From: Malacoraja senta
Lineage: Eukaryota
Assembly: GCA_038087875.1 (NCBI GenBank)
Contig: CM075989.1
Location: 25,174,001-25,238,000 of the forward strand
Direction of reading: 5' to 3'
DNA: 64,000 nt
Part shown: positions 39,646 through 51,358 of the stretch, piece by piece
Layout of the letters: each line of letters opens with the position of its first letter
Position numbering within the stretch: the stretch's first letter is position 1
Made by a program: the position numbers and the translations under genes
The notes under the pieces: model-generated
The model's database searches: none
The model's input: only the letters and a program-made list of their open reading frames with translations
What the model was told of the DNA's origin: nothing

Positions 39646-40878
39646 GAGGTTTGACTGAGGTACACACAATTATGCAAGGCATAAAGTGAACAGGAAAGTC
39701 ATTGTTCCCCGCGATAGATTGAAAATCGAGAGAAATAATTTAATTATTTGGTGAAAGGATCAGAGGGAAAAATAATCACCAAAAATGTTCTGAAATTCAC
39801 TGCTTCACAGGCCTGTGAATAGAAACCCTTGATATTTTAGAAGTCACCCGGACAAGCAGTGGCTTATAAAGCTCTTAGGGCTAACGGAATCAAGGGATAT
39901 GGGGAGAAGGCAGGAACGGGGTACTGATTTTGGATGATCAGCCATGATCATATTGAATGGCGGTGCTGGCTCGAAGGGCCGAATGGCCTACTCCACCTAT
40001 TTTCTATGTTTCGAAGTCATGGGCTAAGAGTTTACGGGGACAGCAATGTTCTCCCCATCTCTCCCATTCACAGTGAGATACTGGATGGTTTTAACATACA
40101 AAGTGAGGCACTTCATTCACCAAACGACTTACATTGTATAAACAGCAATTCTTATAGGGGGTTTCACATAGAACCTGTGGAAGCTTCTGGAACACTGGAG
40201 TAAAACACAGAGGTCAGTGGGTCACACCACATAGCTGTTAAAGTAATATTGACCCATATTACCTACGTGACAGTAACCTAAGTTTTATGTTAGGCTATCA
40301 CAGACACAATAGGCCACATAAATACTTTGTACCATCTTTTATTTTATATTTTATAAATTCTTTGTACCATATTTTTTAATTATTCTGGTTAACATTGAAC
40401 AAGCTGTTAATCACCTCTCCCAATATCCTGTAAACCCAGTCCCCAGCGACCACACATGGCCGTCCGTCTGGTCTCCATCCCCCACACACACTCCACCCTC
40501 TGTGTATAGTCTCAGATACAACTATTCAGAAGGGTCTCCAACCGAAACGTCATCCATTCCTTCTCTCCACAGATACTGCCTCATCTGCTGAGTTACTCCT
40601 GCACTTTGTGGCTGTCCATGACTATTCACCCTCCAGGTACCCGGGTTCAATCCTCACCTCAGGTGCTGACTGTGTGGAGTTGTGAACATTCTCCCTGGGA
40701 CCAGGTGGGTTCCTCCTGGTGCTCAGGTTTCCAGCCACATGTGGGTTGGATGGCGACAGTAAATTATGTCATGTGCAGGCTGACGGGCATGTGTGGGGGC
40801 AATAAGTTAGAGCTGGTCCCGCCGTCAGAGGCCAAGACCCTCGACACGGCACAGTTACACGTGAGGGCGCTGAACAAA

Positions 40879-41782
40879 CCCGGGACTGACCCAACACTAG
40901 CCCGGATCTGACCCAACACTAGCCCGGGACTGACCCAACACTAGCCCGGGACTGACCCAACACGAGCCCGGGACTGACCCAACACGAGCCCGGGACTGAC
41001 CCAACACTAGCCCGGGACTGACCCAACACGAGCCCGGGACTGACCCAACACGAGCCCGGGACTGACCCAACACTAGCCCGGGACTGACCCAACACTAGCC
41101 CGGATCTGACCCAACACTAGTCCGGGACTGACCCACAACACGAGCCCGGGACTGACCCAACACGAGCCCGGGACTGACCCAACACTAGCCCGGGACTGAC
41201 CCAACACTAGCCCGGGACTGACCCAACAGTAGCCCGGGACTGACCCAACACTAGCCCGGGACTGACCCATCACTAGCCCGGGGCTGACCCAACACTAGCC
41301 CGGGGCTGACCCAACACGAGCCCGGGGCTGACCCAACACTAGCCTGGGACTGACCCAACACTAGCCCGGGACTGACCCAACAGTAGCCCGGGACTGACCC
41401 AACACTAGCCCGGGACTGACCCATCACTAGCCCGAGGCTGACCCAACACTAGCCCGGGGCTGACCCAACACGAGCCCGGGGCTGACCCAACACGAGCCCG
41501 GGACTGACCCAACACGAGCCCGGGACTGACCCAACACGAGCCCGGGACTGACCCAACACGAGCCCGGGACTGACCCAACACGAGCCCGGGACTGACCCAA
41601 CACTAGCCCGGGACTGACCCAACACTAGCCCAGATCTGACCCAACACTAGCCCGGGACTGACCCAACACGAGCCCGGGACTGACCCAACACTAGCCCGGG
41701 ACTGACCCAACACTAGCCCGGGACTGACCCAACACGAGCCCGGGACTGACCCAACACGAGCCCGGGACTGACCCAACACTAG
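40879..41782. repeat. 22-bp CpG-rich minisatellite (agcccgggactgacccaacac[tg]), about 41 copies
   Basis: Directly visible in the sequence. Confidence 0.95.
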
Positions 41783-41879
41783 TTCGGGTTAGTCGAGTGC
41801 TGGTCCAGGGTGGTCGGGATCTGTATGTGGGTTGGTCCGGGACTGATCGGGAAATTAGCCCGGGTGACCCGCGCTCCCC

Positions 41880-41949
41880 GGCCGTCCCCGTTCCCACTTC
41901 CTCATTCCGCAGCTTCACTCCAGCTCCAGCTCTGGCGGCCGCTCCTCTG
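41880..41949 (+). promoter_or_regulatory. LRRK1: Putative LRRK1 promoter and non-coding first exon in a CpG island (5' boundary approximate)
   Basis: CpG/GC-rich region (about 40880-42300) between the two genes. Strong donor CTG|gtaagc at 41950 and an ETS-like CACTTCCT at about 41895. No ATG in the putative exon. Confidence 0.6.
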
Positions 41950-41961
41950 GTAAGCGAGTCC

Positions 41962-42025
41962 GGGACGGGACGGGATGGGACGGGACGGGACGGGACGGGA
42001 CGGGATGGGACGGGACGGGACGGGG
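41962..42025. repeat. (GGGAC/GGGAT)n pentanucleotide repeat
   Basis: Directly visible in the sequence. Confidence 0.92.
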
Positions 42026-42347
42026 TTCGGGGATGGGATGGGGGCCGGGACCGGGGCAGACGCTGCAACCGCCGCCCGTCCTCTCCCGCTCCCCGCCTGG
42101 GTGAAGATGTGCCGGCGCTGCCCACAGCTGGGGGAGAACCGCGCCAGACGCACACAACATCTGCACACATCTGGGGGAGCACCGCGCCAGACCCGCACAC
42201 ATCTGCACACATCTGCCTCACGTTGATCCAGCGGTTCCCCGGACCGAGAGGTCTCCGCGGGTTATTGGGCATCGGGTTGTGATTTGAAGCGAAGGCCTTT
42301 TGGCGGCGGTTTGAGGAACAAGCAGTTGTTCATGTGTTGAAAGCAGT

Positions 42348-42538
42348 TGGGGGAGGCGGCCACATCTGGGGGGAGGCGGCCACATCTGGGGGGAGGCGGC
42401 CACATCTGGGGGGAGGCGGCCACGTGTGGGGGGAGGGGGCCACATCTGGGCGGAGGGGGCCACATCTGGGGGGAGGCGGCCACATCTGTGCGGAGGGGGC
42501 CACATCTGGGCGGAGGGGGCCACATCTGGGGGGAGGGC
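42348..42538. repeat. 20-bp G-rich minisatellite (ggccacatctggggggaggc), about 9 copies
   Basis: Directly visible in the sequence. Confidence 0.93.
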
Positions 42539-42569
42539 ACAGTTGGGGCCGAGGTAAGAGACGCATTCT

Positions 42570-42850
42570 AGTTTATTGTCACGTCTACTGAAGTACAATG
42601 GAAAGTTTATTGTCGCGTGTCATGTCAGCGAAAAGACTGAATGATTACAAAGTGAACAGACACAGGATGAATGGATACGTTTATTGGCAGTCCGGAGTCG
42701 CCTCTCAGTGGGAAGTGATTCAAAGAGTTTGTGGCCAGGATGAGAGGGGTCAGAGATGATCTTATCCGCTCGCTTCCTGGCCCTTGCAGTGTACAGTTCG
42801 TCAACGGGGGGGGGGGGGGGGGGGGGGAGGTTGCAGCCAACAGCCTTCAA
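42570..42850 (-). mobile_element. Rex1/Babar-type LINE 3' fragment
   Basis: Minus-strand DELYTARARKRADKIISDPSHPGHKLFESLP, the typical C-terminal domain. Confidence 0.7.
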
Positions 42851-43174
42851 CATATAGTGAATGTTTGAAATATGAAGCAAGCAGAATAAGCCAGTCTGTG
42901 GAGGGAGAACATGACTCTGAAGAAGGGTCCCAACCCAAAACGTCACCCATCATGTTCTCCAGGAATAGTTAAAGGTGCTTTATTATCACGAGGTACGGTG
43001 AAATTCTTTCTTAGTTCAGTAAATGATTACTGTTTACCTGACAGTACTGTCAATGCTGCCTGACCCGCTGAGTTACTCCAGCACTTTGTGTCTTTGCTCA
43101 TCAAATATTTTATTACAATCACGACATTGCTGCTTTTACTTAGTCAGTCCATTAAGTGTTAGAATTACTTGGCA

Positions 43175-43515
43175 CCAAAGGCAGCCAGTATCATCAAGGA
43201 CCCTGACCACCCCCAACAACACTCTATTCTCACTCCTACTATTGGGTGTGGGTAGAGTTTGAAAACGGTGATCTCCAGGTTCAGGGACAGCTTCTTCCCA
43301 ACAACCACCAGGCTCTTAAACACTATTAACGCCGACTAAAGTATGAACCAGGTACTTGGGGCATTTGTTCTGCATTAATATTGTTTTTTAATTTATTGAA
43401 CTCTTTTTGCGAGTTGTGTTATTTGCGAGTAGTGTGTTTGTAGGCCTATTTCGCTGCTGCAAGTAAGAATTTCATTGTTCTGTTTCCGTTACATGACAAT
43501 TAAATACTCTTGACT
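43175..43515 (+). mobile_element. Rex1/Babar-type LINE 3' fragment
   Basis: AASIIKDPDHPNNTLFSLL...RFRDSFFPTTTRLLN remnants followed by a 3' tail. Confidence 0.65.
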
Positions 43516-44442
43516 CTCCCTTGAAATCAAAACAAAACACAAAGTGGCAGGTGTGGCCATGTGTGTGAATTGGGAAAGTGTAGACGACCTTTGATCAGAA
43601 CTGTAAAAAGCTGGAGATATAAAGGCTTTGATCAGCACAAAAGGACATCTGTGATGAGAATAATTGCATGAAAACAAAGATGATGGTGCAAACGCCAGTG
43701 GTTTGTGTAGATGCATGAGAAGGATTTGGTAGTGGTTGACCAGGCTTCTACTTATCGCCCTGTTTACCTGCCCTTGAGAAGGTGCAGTGGGTCTGGGGAA
43801 AGTGTCTCACAGCAGAGGTGGGGGTTACAGGATGAAGCAGAGTGTTCATATATCCAGGCAAGTGGAAACTACTCCACACCTTCTTGACATTCCTCGTAGA
43901 CAGTTGCAAGGCAGTGAGGAGGAGCCACGTGGCTTTTATCTGCTGTTGTAGCCACTGATGATTCCAATGGGGATGAAGGTGATAGTCACTCATTGGTAAA
44001 GACCATCACGTTTCATCGATCAATGGCTGCATTCTTCTTGAAGAAATAGCTGGACATTTTCGTTACTTAGTTGCTAATGAGCTGTCCATACCTGAACATT
44101 GACCGAGCCTTGCTGCATGTATGAAGAGCAATGAATGGAATTAAGCATTGTGCAGTCATTAACAATCATCCCTGCTTCTGGCAGTATGAAGAAAGTTGTT
44201 TCTGAGGCATCTTCAAAGATGCAGCTACAAGACATGTGTGTGGAGAAGCAGAAGCAAACTAACAGCAGAGTCACGAGGCCTGAAGAAATGTTTCGACCCA
44301 AATCTATTCCTTTTCTCCAGATATGCTGCCTGACCTGTTGAGTTATTCCAGCAATTTGTGTCTATCTTCAGAGTAAACCAGCATCTGCAGTTGCTTCCCA
44401 CACTGTTAGCATTTACTGGTGGAACATTGGGAGCAGTGATTT

Positions 44443-44744
44443 TAGTTTAGTTTACTTTAGAGATACTGCTCTAAAACAGGCCCTTCAGCCCACCAGCCAG
44501 TGATCCCCACACATTAACTCCATCCCATGCACTACGGACAATTTACATTTATACCTAGCCAAATAACCTACAAACGTGTACGTCTTAGGAGTGTGGGGGG
44601 AAACCGAAGATCTCGGTGAAAACCCACGCAGGTCACGGGGAGAACGTGCAAACTCCGTACAAAGAGCACCAGTACCCGGGATGGAACTCTGGTCTCTGGC
44701 GCTGTAAGTGCTGTAAGGCAGCAACTCTACCGCTGCACCACCGT
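44443..44744 (-). mobile_element. V-SINE (HE1-like)
   Basis: Reverse-complement head, V-domain and (ctaaa)n tail. Confidence 0.8.
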
Positions 44745-46571
44745 TCCACACACTATTGTTTTTTAAATGCCAGGTTACAAAGATTACAAAATACCTAATG
44801 GAAAGATGAGGCAACATTCCTCGCTTGTACATTGAGATGCATTTGTACAGTGTGGGAGGTGAAAGACAGAGAGTTTAGGGGGGGAGTGAATTAAAATAAC
44901 AAGATCAGGTGGTGGTTCTGGACTTGAGGAGGTGCATAGTAAAACAGATGAGGCAGCGCAGTGCGAGAGATACCAATGGTTTCAGCTGCAGCAGTGTTTG
45001 GAGATCTGAGTGACCAGTGATGCAATCTTACTCTGGGATCAGGGAGGGACTGCAGGAGGAAAGCTGCTGCTGATGATTAAAGAAACAGTTGGACAGGTAC
45101 ATGGATAGGACATGTTTGGAGAGATATGGACCAACGCGGGCAGGTTGGACTAGTGTAGCTGGAACATGTTGGCCGGTGTGGGCAAGTTGGGCCTAAGGGC
45201 CTGTTTCCACATGTGTCAGTCTATGACTCTATGGTAAGCACAGGAAAGTCACTGTTCCACAGAGAAGGACGCAGTGCTGGAATAACTCAGTGGGTCAAGC
45301 AGATCTCTGGACAATATGGATAGGTGACAATTCGGGTCGGGACCCTTCAGACTGATTGCAGGAGGAGCACGAAAGAGAGCTGGAAGAGAGGAGGGGGCAG
45401 GACAAAACATGGCCATTGTTTCCCAAAGTATTTCCTGCTGCCCTGCAATCAGTCTGAAGAAGGGTCCCGACCCAAAACATCACCAATCCATGTTCTCCAC
45501 AGATGCTGCCTGACCCGCTGAGTTACTCCAGCACTCTGTGAAACATCACCTATCCACGTTCTCCACAGATGCTGCCTGACCCGCTGAGTTACTCCAGCAC
45601 TCTGTGAAACATCACCTATCCACGTTCTCCACAGATGCTGCCTGACCCGCTGAGTTACTCCAGCACTTTGTGCCTTTCTAAGGTGAACCGGCATCTGCAG
45701 TTCCTTGCTATTACACTATTACACAGAGCATCAGTTCCTTTGGGAGGCTGAGGTGGGTCTGAAGGGTGTGTCTGCTGTGAATTTTCAGCATTTATCACCT
45801 TTCACATTCCCCAACTTGCTGTGTTTTGCCTCGTGTCGGGGTTTAATGTCCCTGTTGGGGTTCTGCTGTGTGCTCCATGTTTTGTCTTTTACAATGAGTG
45901 ACAACATCACTGCAGGAAGAGGGAGCCAGGTCCTGCCATCTCTCTGTAGGACAGATCAGTGTATTCCCTGCCCCACTCTCTCTCTCTGCTCCTCCAAACT
46001 ATACTCCACCAACTGCTTACCTAACTCCCTCTGGAAAGCCCTCACTTTCACCCCCCCCCCTCTCCCCATAGCAGTGAGTTCCAGATCGTAACTTCCTTTC
46101 CCTTTTTACAAAGCATCTTCTCACTCCGCCTCTGTACTTTGCCATTCCCTTTCACAATAAGTTATTTCTATTTACTCTATAAATCTGCACAATGTTGTCC
46201 ACTCTATCGAATCTCATCACCACTGGAAGGAGAGTATCTCTAACTCCTGCAGTCTAACCTTGCTCTCGTTCCCGGAACCACTCTAGTGAATATTTCCCGC
46301 ACCCTCTTCAGGGCCTGTAATTAGTGTGGAGAGTAGGATGCATTACTTCACTCCCGGCCTACTTGGCTTTATAAAACATTTACAAGGCTGAAGGTTATTT
46401 GGTCCATTGCTTCTGCTGATCAAGAAACATCAATTTATTTTTAAATAACCTGCAAAACTAAGTAGCATTTGTTTTTTTAGCAGAGAAGATTATCGGAATA
46501 ACACAGAGTTGATGATGAACTGAGGAGCCACTGGTTTAACTTGCGAGATTTGTGGAGAAGCCACCATCAAG

Positions 46572-46629
46572 ATGTATTGGGATGTCAGCCATGAAGACAC
46601 AACTGAGGACAGCATGCCACAGGAAACTG
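46572..46629 (+). CDS. LRRK1: LRRK1 first coding exon (MYWDVSHEDTTEDSMPQET); exon acceptor at about 46481/46484
   Basis: tttttttag/cag acceptor. aagATG has an in-frame stop upstream (46521). MYW matches the human LRRK1 N-terminal MYW. The G|gtaatg donor in phase 1 fits the next exon. Confidence 0.72.
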
Positions 46630-47253
46630 GTAATGTGCTCACTCCTTGAATATAAAGAATGTGATGCCAATTAATAAATTAAGCATTGAATATTTGCAGT
46701 ATTATCAGATTTGGTTAATCGTGGAATAAGAGTTTCATTTGGATCATTTGGCTTCAACCCTGTCACTGCCCCCAAACCTCAGTGTTGCCGTCCCTGGGTT
46801 GACCTTGCCCATCAACACCGTCAATTAAACCAATAACCTCCACACATGGCCATCAGTTGAAGTAAGAACATGGTCCATAGAAGGCTCAGTTGAAGAGTGG
46901 AGAGGCAAAGTTATCAGTGATTGGTTTGTTTCTTGGGCGTGGAGCACCATTCTGAATGGGCCAGAGGACCTCTGCACTGTGTCATTGACCAAGATGTTGA
47001 ATTGGGTACAGATTGATTGAAATGCTGTTCAGGCCTGAATTGCAGTAGAGTCTAGAGTTATAGACCTCCATGCTCCTGCACAGAATAGAATATTCCTCGT
47101 CTATTTTCTTTTAGCAAAGTGATGTGCTGTCTTAGCTTGGGAAGTGATGGGTGAGGGGAGGGGGAGATGCAGGAGATTCAAGAGACTTGGAACAGAAAGG
47201 CTGGCTGCTCTTGTAGACCTGCCCGTTTAATGCAAGTGTGGCAACGTGGTAAA

Positions 47254-47415
47254 TGTATCGGGCTGGAGCAGTGTATCGGGCTGGAGCAGTGTATCGGGCT
47301 GGAGCAGTGTATCGGGCTGGAGCAGTGTATCGGGCTGGAGCAGTGTATCGGGCTGGAGCAGTGTATCGGGCTGGAGCAGTGTATCGGGCTGGAGCAGTGT
47401 ATCGGGCTGGAGCAG
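47254..47415. repeat. 18-bp perfect tandem repeat (tgtatcgggctggagcag) x9
   Basis: 162 nt, equal to 9 identical units. Confidence 0.96.
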
Positions 47416-47440
47416 CTTCAGTGAATAGGTCAAAAAGTAA

Positions 47441-47910
47441 TGGCCCTGTCCCACGGGCAGGTGGTTACTGGCGGTGAAGTTGTGGTAAGTTAAAAAAAAT
47501 TAAACTTTACCGGAAGCTGTTGCCGCGCGTATGCCGGGTGATCACCGCACGGCCTGTCCCATCGGCGCGGCGTCGGGTGATGACGACATCGCGCAATGCA
47601 ACGCGCTACGCGATGTCGTCAATTCGGCTCGTGGCGGTGCTAGTGGTGCTCGTGCCACACTGGCGGTGGCTGTGGCTGTGGCGGTGCTAGTGGTGCTCGT
47701 GCCGCACTGGCGGCGGCTGTGCGGTAGGACAACATTTTTGAACGTTGTCGACTTTTTGTGAGCACCGTGCGGTGTTGGGACCAACACCGCACGGTCCCGG
47801 CGGTGTGCGTGGGACCGACCCCGCGTGCCATGCGCGGTCTCTGGCGGTCCACGAGCGGTCCCAACTTCCTGCTTCACCGCCAGTAACCACATACCCGTGA
47901 GACAGGCCTT
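47441..47910. mobile_element. Non-autonomous DNA transposon (PIF/Harbinger-type MITE), 470 bp
   Basis: About 38-bp imperfect TIRs (tggccctgtcccacgggcaggtggttactggcggtgaag / cttcaccgccagtaaccacatacccgtgagacaggcctt) with TAA on both flanks (47438-47440, 47911-47913). Interior is CpG-rich. Confidence 0.82.
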
Positions 47911-48887
47911 TAAGAGATGTCTGTATCCTGCAAGGTTCCCCCCTGGACTATCTGGTGCCCAGGTTACTAAGACCAAGAGGCCTCTTCACAGACTGTAACA
48001 TCTCCTGAGTTTGTAACTAATATAATAGCAAAACATGAACGTTTCTGAATAATTTGTTTTATTAATATTGAAATGCAAGTTTTACAGATAACGGTTCCGG
48101 GAACATTGAAGTCAGGGGTTGGTGTGACACAAAGCTGCTCCAGTTTCATTGCAGAAGACGTGAGCTAATGATGTGGTAATGTCCTGTGGTTTGTGCACCG
48201 ATGTTCTTTCACTTTAGCTCGGGCCTTCCCAGCCAAAACTAACTTCCCATTCCCTCTCCATGCTTACATGACAACACCGTACCTTCAGCAGCTTCCCTCA
48301 GGGGCATTTATTTGATGAAAATCATTTTGGCCCCATAATCCTATCCCACCGTTCAATATGAACATGGCTGCTCATCCATATCCCTGCACAAACATTCTTT
48401 GTACGTTAACCCAATCATTCCTGGGATAATTCTTGTAAACCTCCTCTGTACCCTCTCCAATGCCAGCGCATCCTTCCTCACAATCCTCTCAACACCATTG
48501 AATATGGGCCTAATTGACCCAATCTCTGTCCATTCATCAGTTCTGCCATTACAAGAATTAGTCTGGTGAACCTCCCTTCAAGCAAGGTCATCCTAGCCCA
48601 AGTAAGGAGGTCACACGATATTCCAGATGTGGTCTCAACGAGGTCCTGTATAATTGCAACAAGACACCCCTGTTCCTGTGTTCAAATTCTCTCGCTGTGA
48701 AACCCAAAATGTACGTTTCCTTTTATCCACCTGCTATACCTGCATTTTAACCGTGTGCTTACCTTTAGGAACTGGTGCATAAGGTCTGATCACATCTCCC
48801 TCATCCCTCATCCCCAATCAATCAGCGTACAGATAGTAATCTGTTCTTACCACCATAGTCATGTGAAAACAGGCCCTTTGGCCCAAT

Positions 48888-49764
48888 GTCCATGATAACG
48901 TCCATGCCAACATCCATACCAACGTCCATGATAACGTCCATGATAACGTCCATGATAACGTCCATACCAACGTCCATGATAACGTCCATACCAACGTCCA
49001 TGATAACGTCCATGATAACGTCCATGCCAACATCCATGATAACGTCCATACCAACATCCATACCAACGTCCATGATAACGTCCATACCAACGTCCATGCC
49101 AACATCCATACCAACGTCCATGATAACGTCCATACCAACGTCCATGCCAACATCCATACCAACGTCCATGATAACGTCCATACCAACGTCCATGATAACG
49201 TCCATGATAACGTCCATGCCAACATCCATACCAACGTCCATGATAACGTCCATACCAACGTCCATGCCAACATCCATACCAACATCCATACCAACGTCCA
49301 TGATAACGTCCATACCAACGTCCATGATAACGTCCATGATAACGTCCATGCCAACATCCATACCAACGTCCATGATAACGTCCATACCAACGTCCATGAT
49401 AACGTCCATACCAACGTCCATGCCAACATCCATACCAACGTCCATGATAACGTCCATACCAACGTCCATGATAACGTCCATGCCAACATCCATACCAACG
49501 TCCATGATAACGTCCATACCAACGTCCATGCCAACATCCATACCAACGTCCATGCCAACGTCCATGATAACGTCCATGATAACGTCCATGCCAACGTCCA
49601 TGATAACGTCCATGATAACGTCCATACCAACGTCCATGCCAACGTCCATGATAACATCCATACCAACGTCCATGATAACGTCCATGCCAACATCCATACC
49701 AACGTCCATGATAACGTCCATGCCAACATCCATACCAACGTCCATGCCAATGTCCATGATAACG
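48888..49764. repeat. 12-bp minisatellite with variant units (tccatgataacg / tccataccaacg / tccatgccaaca), about 73 units
   Basis: Directly visible. It explains the three long low-complexity ORFs here. Confidence 0.96.
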
Positions 49765-51324
49765 CCCATACTAACTAGGTGGCAGTCTGGTCTGGTCCCT
49801 TTTGCCTGGGTTTGGCCATAATCTCGCTCCACCCATCCTAATGTGAGGCTACGTGTGATAACTGAGAGGTTATCCACTAGAGGAGATGACCTCACCATGA
49901 AGAGGGGTCCCAGTCTGGTCTGTCCCTTTCCTGCACTGATGTTGCCTGATGACCCGCTGATGTTCCTGCAGCCGGTGTCATTCTATATCTCATATGTTCT
50001 GCTGCTGGAGAGGAGGTGACTCCCGTTTATCCACAGAATGCTGTATTATGAGCATTATCCATTCCTGAGACCATACAAGATGCAGTGTTGTACGTGATCA
50101 GTAGTAAACAGGTCATGGAATGGGCATAAGGAATAGTGAAATGTTGTGAGGAATGATTAGAAATGATATATAACTTATGGAAGGTAGAGAGAGGGACAGT
50201 GCCAGGATGTCAACATTACATTTGAGGATGGTGAGCGTGATCGTGTGAGCGGCGTTGAGAATGGTGTGTGTTTCCGTGACATCACCGCAGCCTGTACCGT
50301 GCGATGTTTATCTGTACACTGCCTGTTCATGCAGAAAAACAGAGCATGAAATTATAAAGGGAGCAGAGCCCAGCCTAAGCTGGTCTAACTAGATTATTGG
50401 AATCTACAGTTCGGGCCAAACCATTCCCATTTATATAATTATGTCTCAAGGTGCGCCATCACCAGCAAACCTGCTTTAGAGTCCAGTCTTGGCCATCTTG
50501 CAGGAAATCTGCAGTTGACTGCACAAATCTAGCACCCACACATGGCAATGCAGCCACACAACATGGGAAATAGGGCAGAAAGTGTTGGAGTAACTCAGCG
50601 GGTCAGGCAGCATCTCTGGAGAACATGGATAGGTGATGTTTCAGGTCAGGACTGATCTTCAAACTCTAGCAGTCTGATGAAGGGTCCCAATCTAAAATAT
50701 TGCCTATCCATGTTCTCCAGAGATGCTGCCTGACCCACTGAGTTACTCCAGCACTTTGTGGTCTATGCAAGATTCCAGCATCTGCAGTTCCTTGTGTGTA
50801 ATGGTCATAGAGAAATGAGCATCCATTCTGTGTGACCTGGCCTCTGTACAACTCTACTATAAACTGTGTGTCTGACCCCATCTGTCGCATTAACACTTTC
50901 CTCAAACTATAATGGCAGTGCTCCGTAAATCACCTCCATGTGATGGAAATGAAATGGATGAACACGTTGGGATCAACGTACTATCTAAATGGCCTGTTGA
51001 TCTCCTTATGTTAGAACGTAGAATGATTACAATAGACAATAGGTGCAGGAGTAGGCCATTCGGCTCTTCGAGCCAGTACCTACACACCTGTGGCCTCGGG
51101 TTGCTGATGATGGAAACAGTTTCCCTTTACTTGCTCAAGTACTTCATCTTCCACTCCCATTCGAGTTCCATGTCGCTGCGAATTAGGGGAAAGCAGGGAA
51201 ATCTTGGAACGTATTCTTGGTAAAACTGGCACAATTGGATCGAATGACATTTGGAAAACAGTAGGTCGACAAAAATGCTGGAGAAACTCAGAGGGTGAGG
51301 CAGCATCTATGAAGCGAAGGAATA

Positions 51325-51358
51325 GATGACGTTTCGGGTCGAACCCCTTCTTCAGACT
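51325..51358 (-). ncRNA. Minimal hammerhead-like motif in a Penelope-derived repeat
   Basis: Minus strand reads AGT CTGAAGA A GGG GTTCGA CCC GAAA CG TC/ATC. Core intact, stem I weak. Confidence 0.45.

Noticed and set aside
41691..42598. Several 100-190 aa ORFs in the CpG island
   Set aside because: They are translations of GC-rich repeats (PSRPV, MWPPPP), not proteins.
48818..49898. 310-358 aa ORFs on both strands
   Set aside because: Products of a 12-bp tandem repeat lacking stops in some frames. No domain content or splice context.
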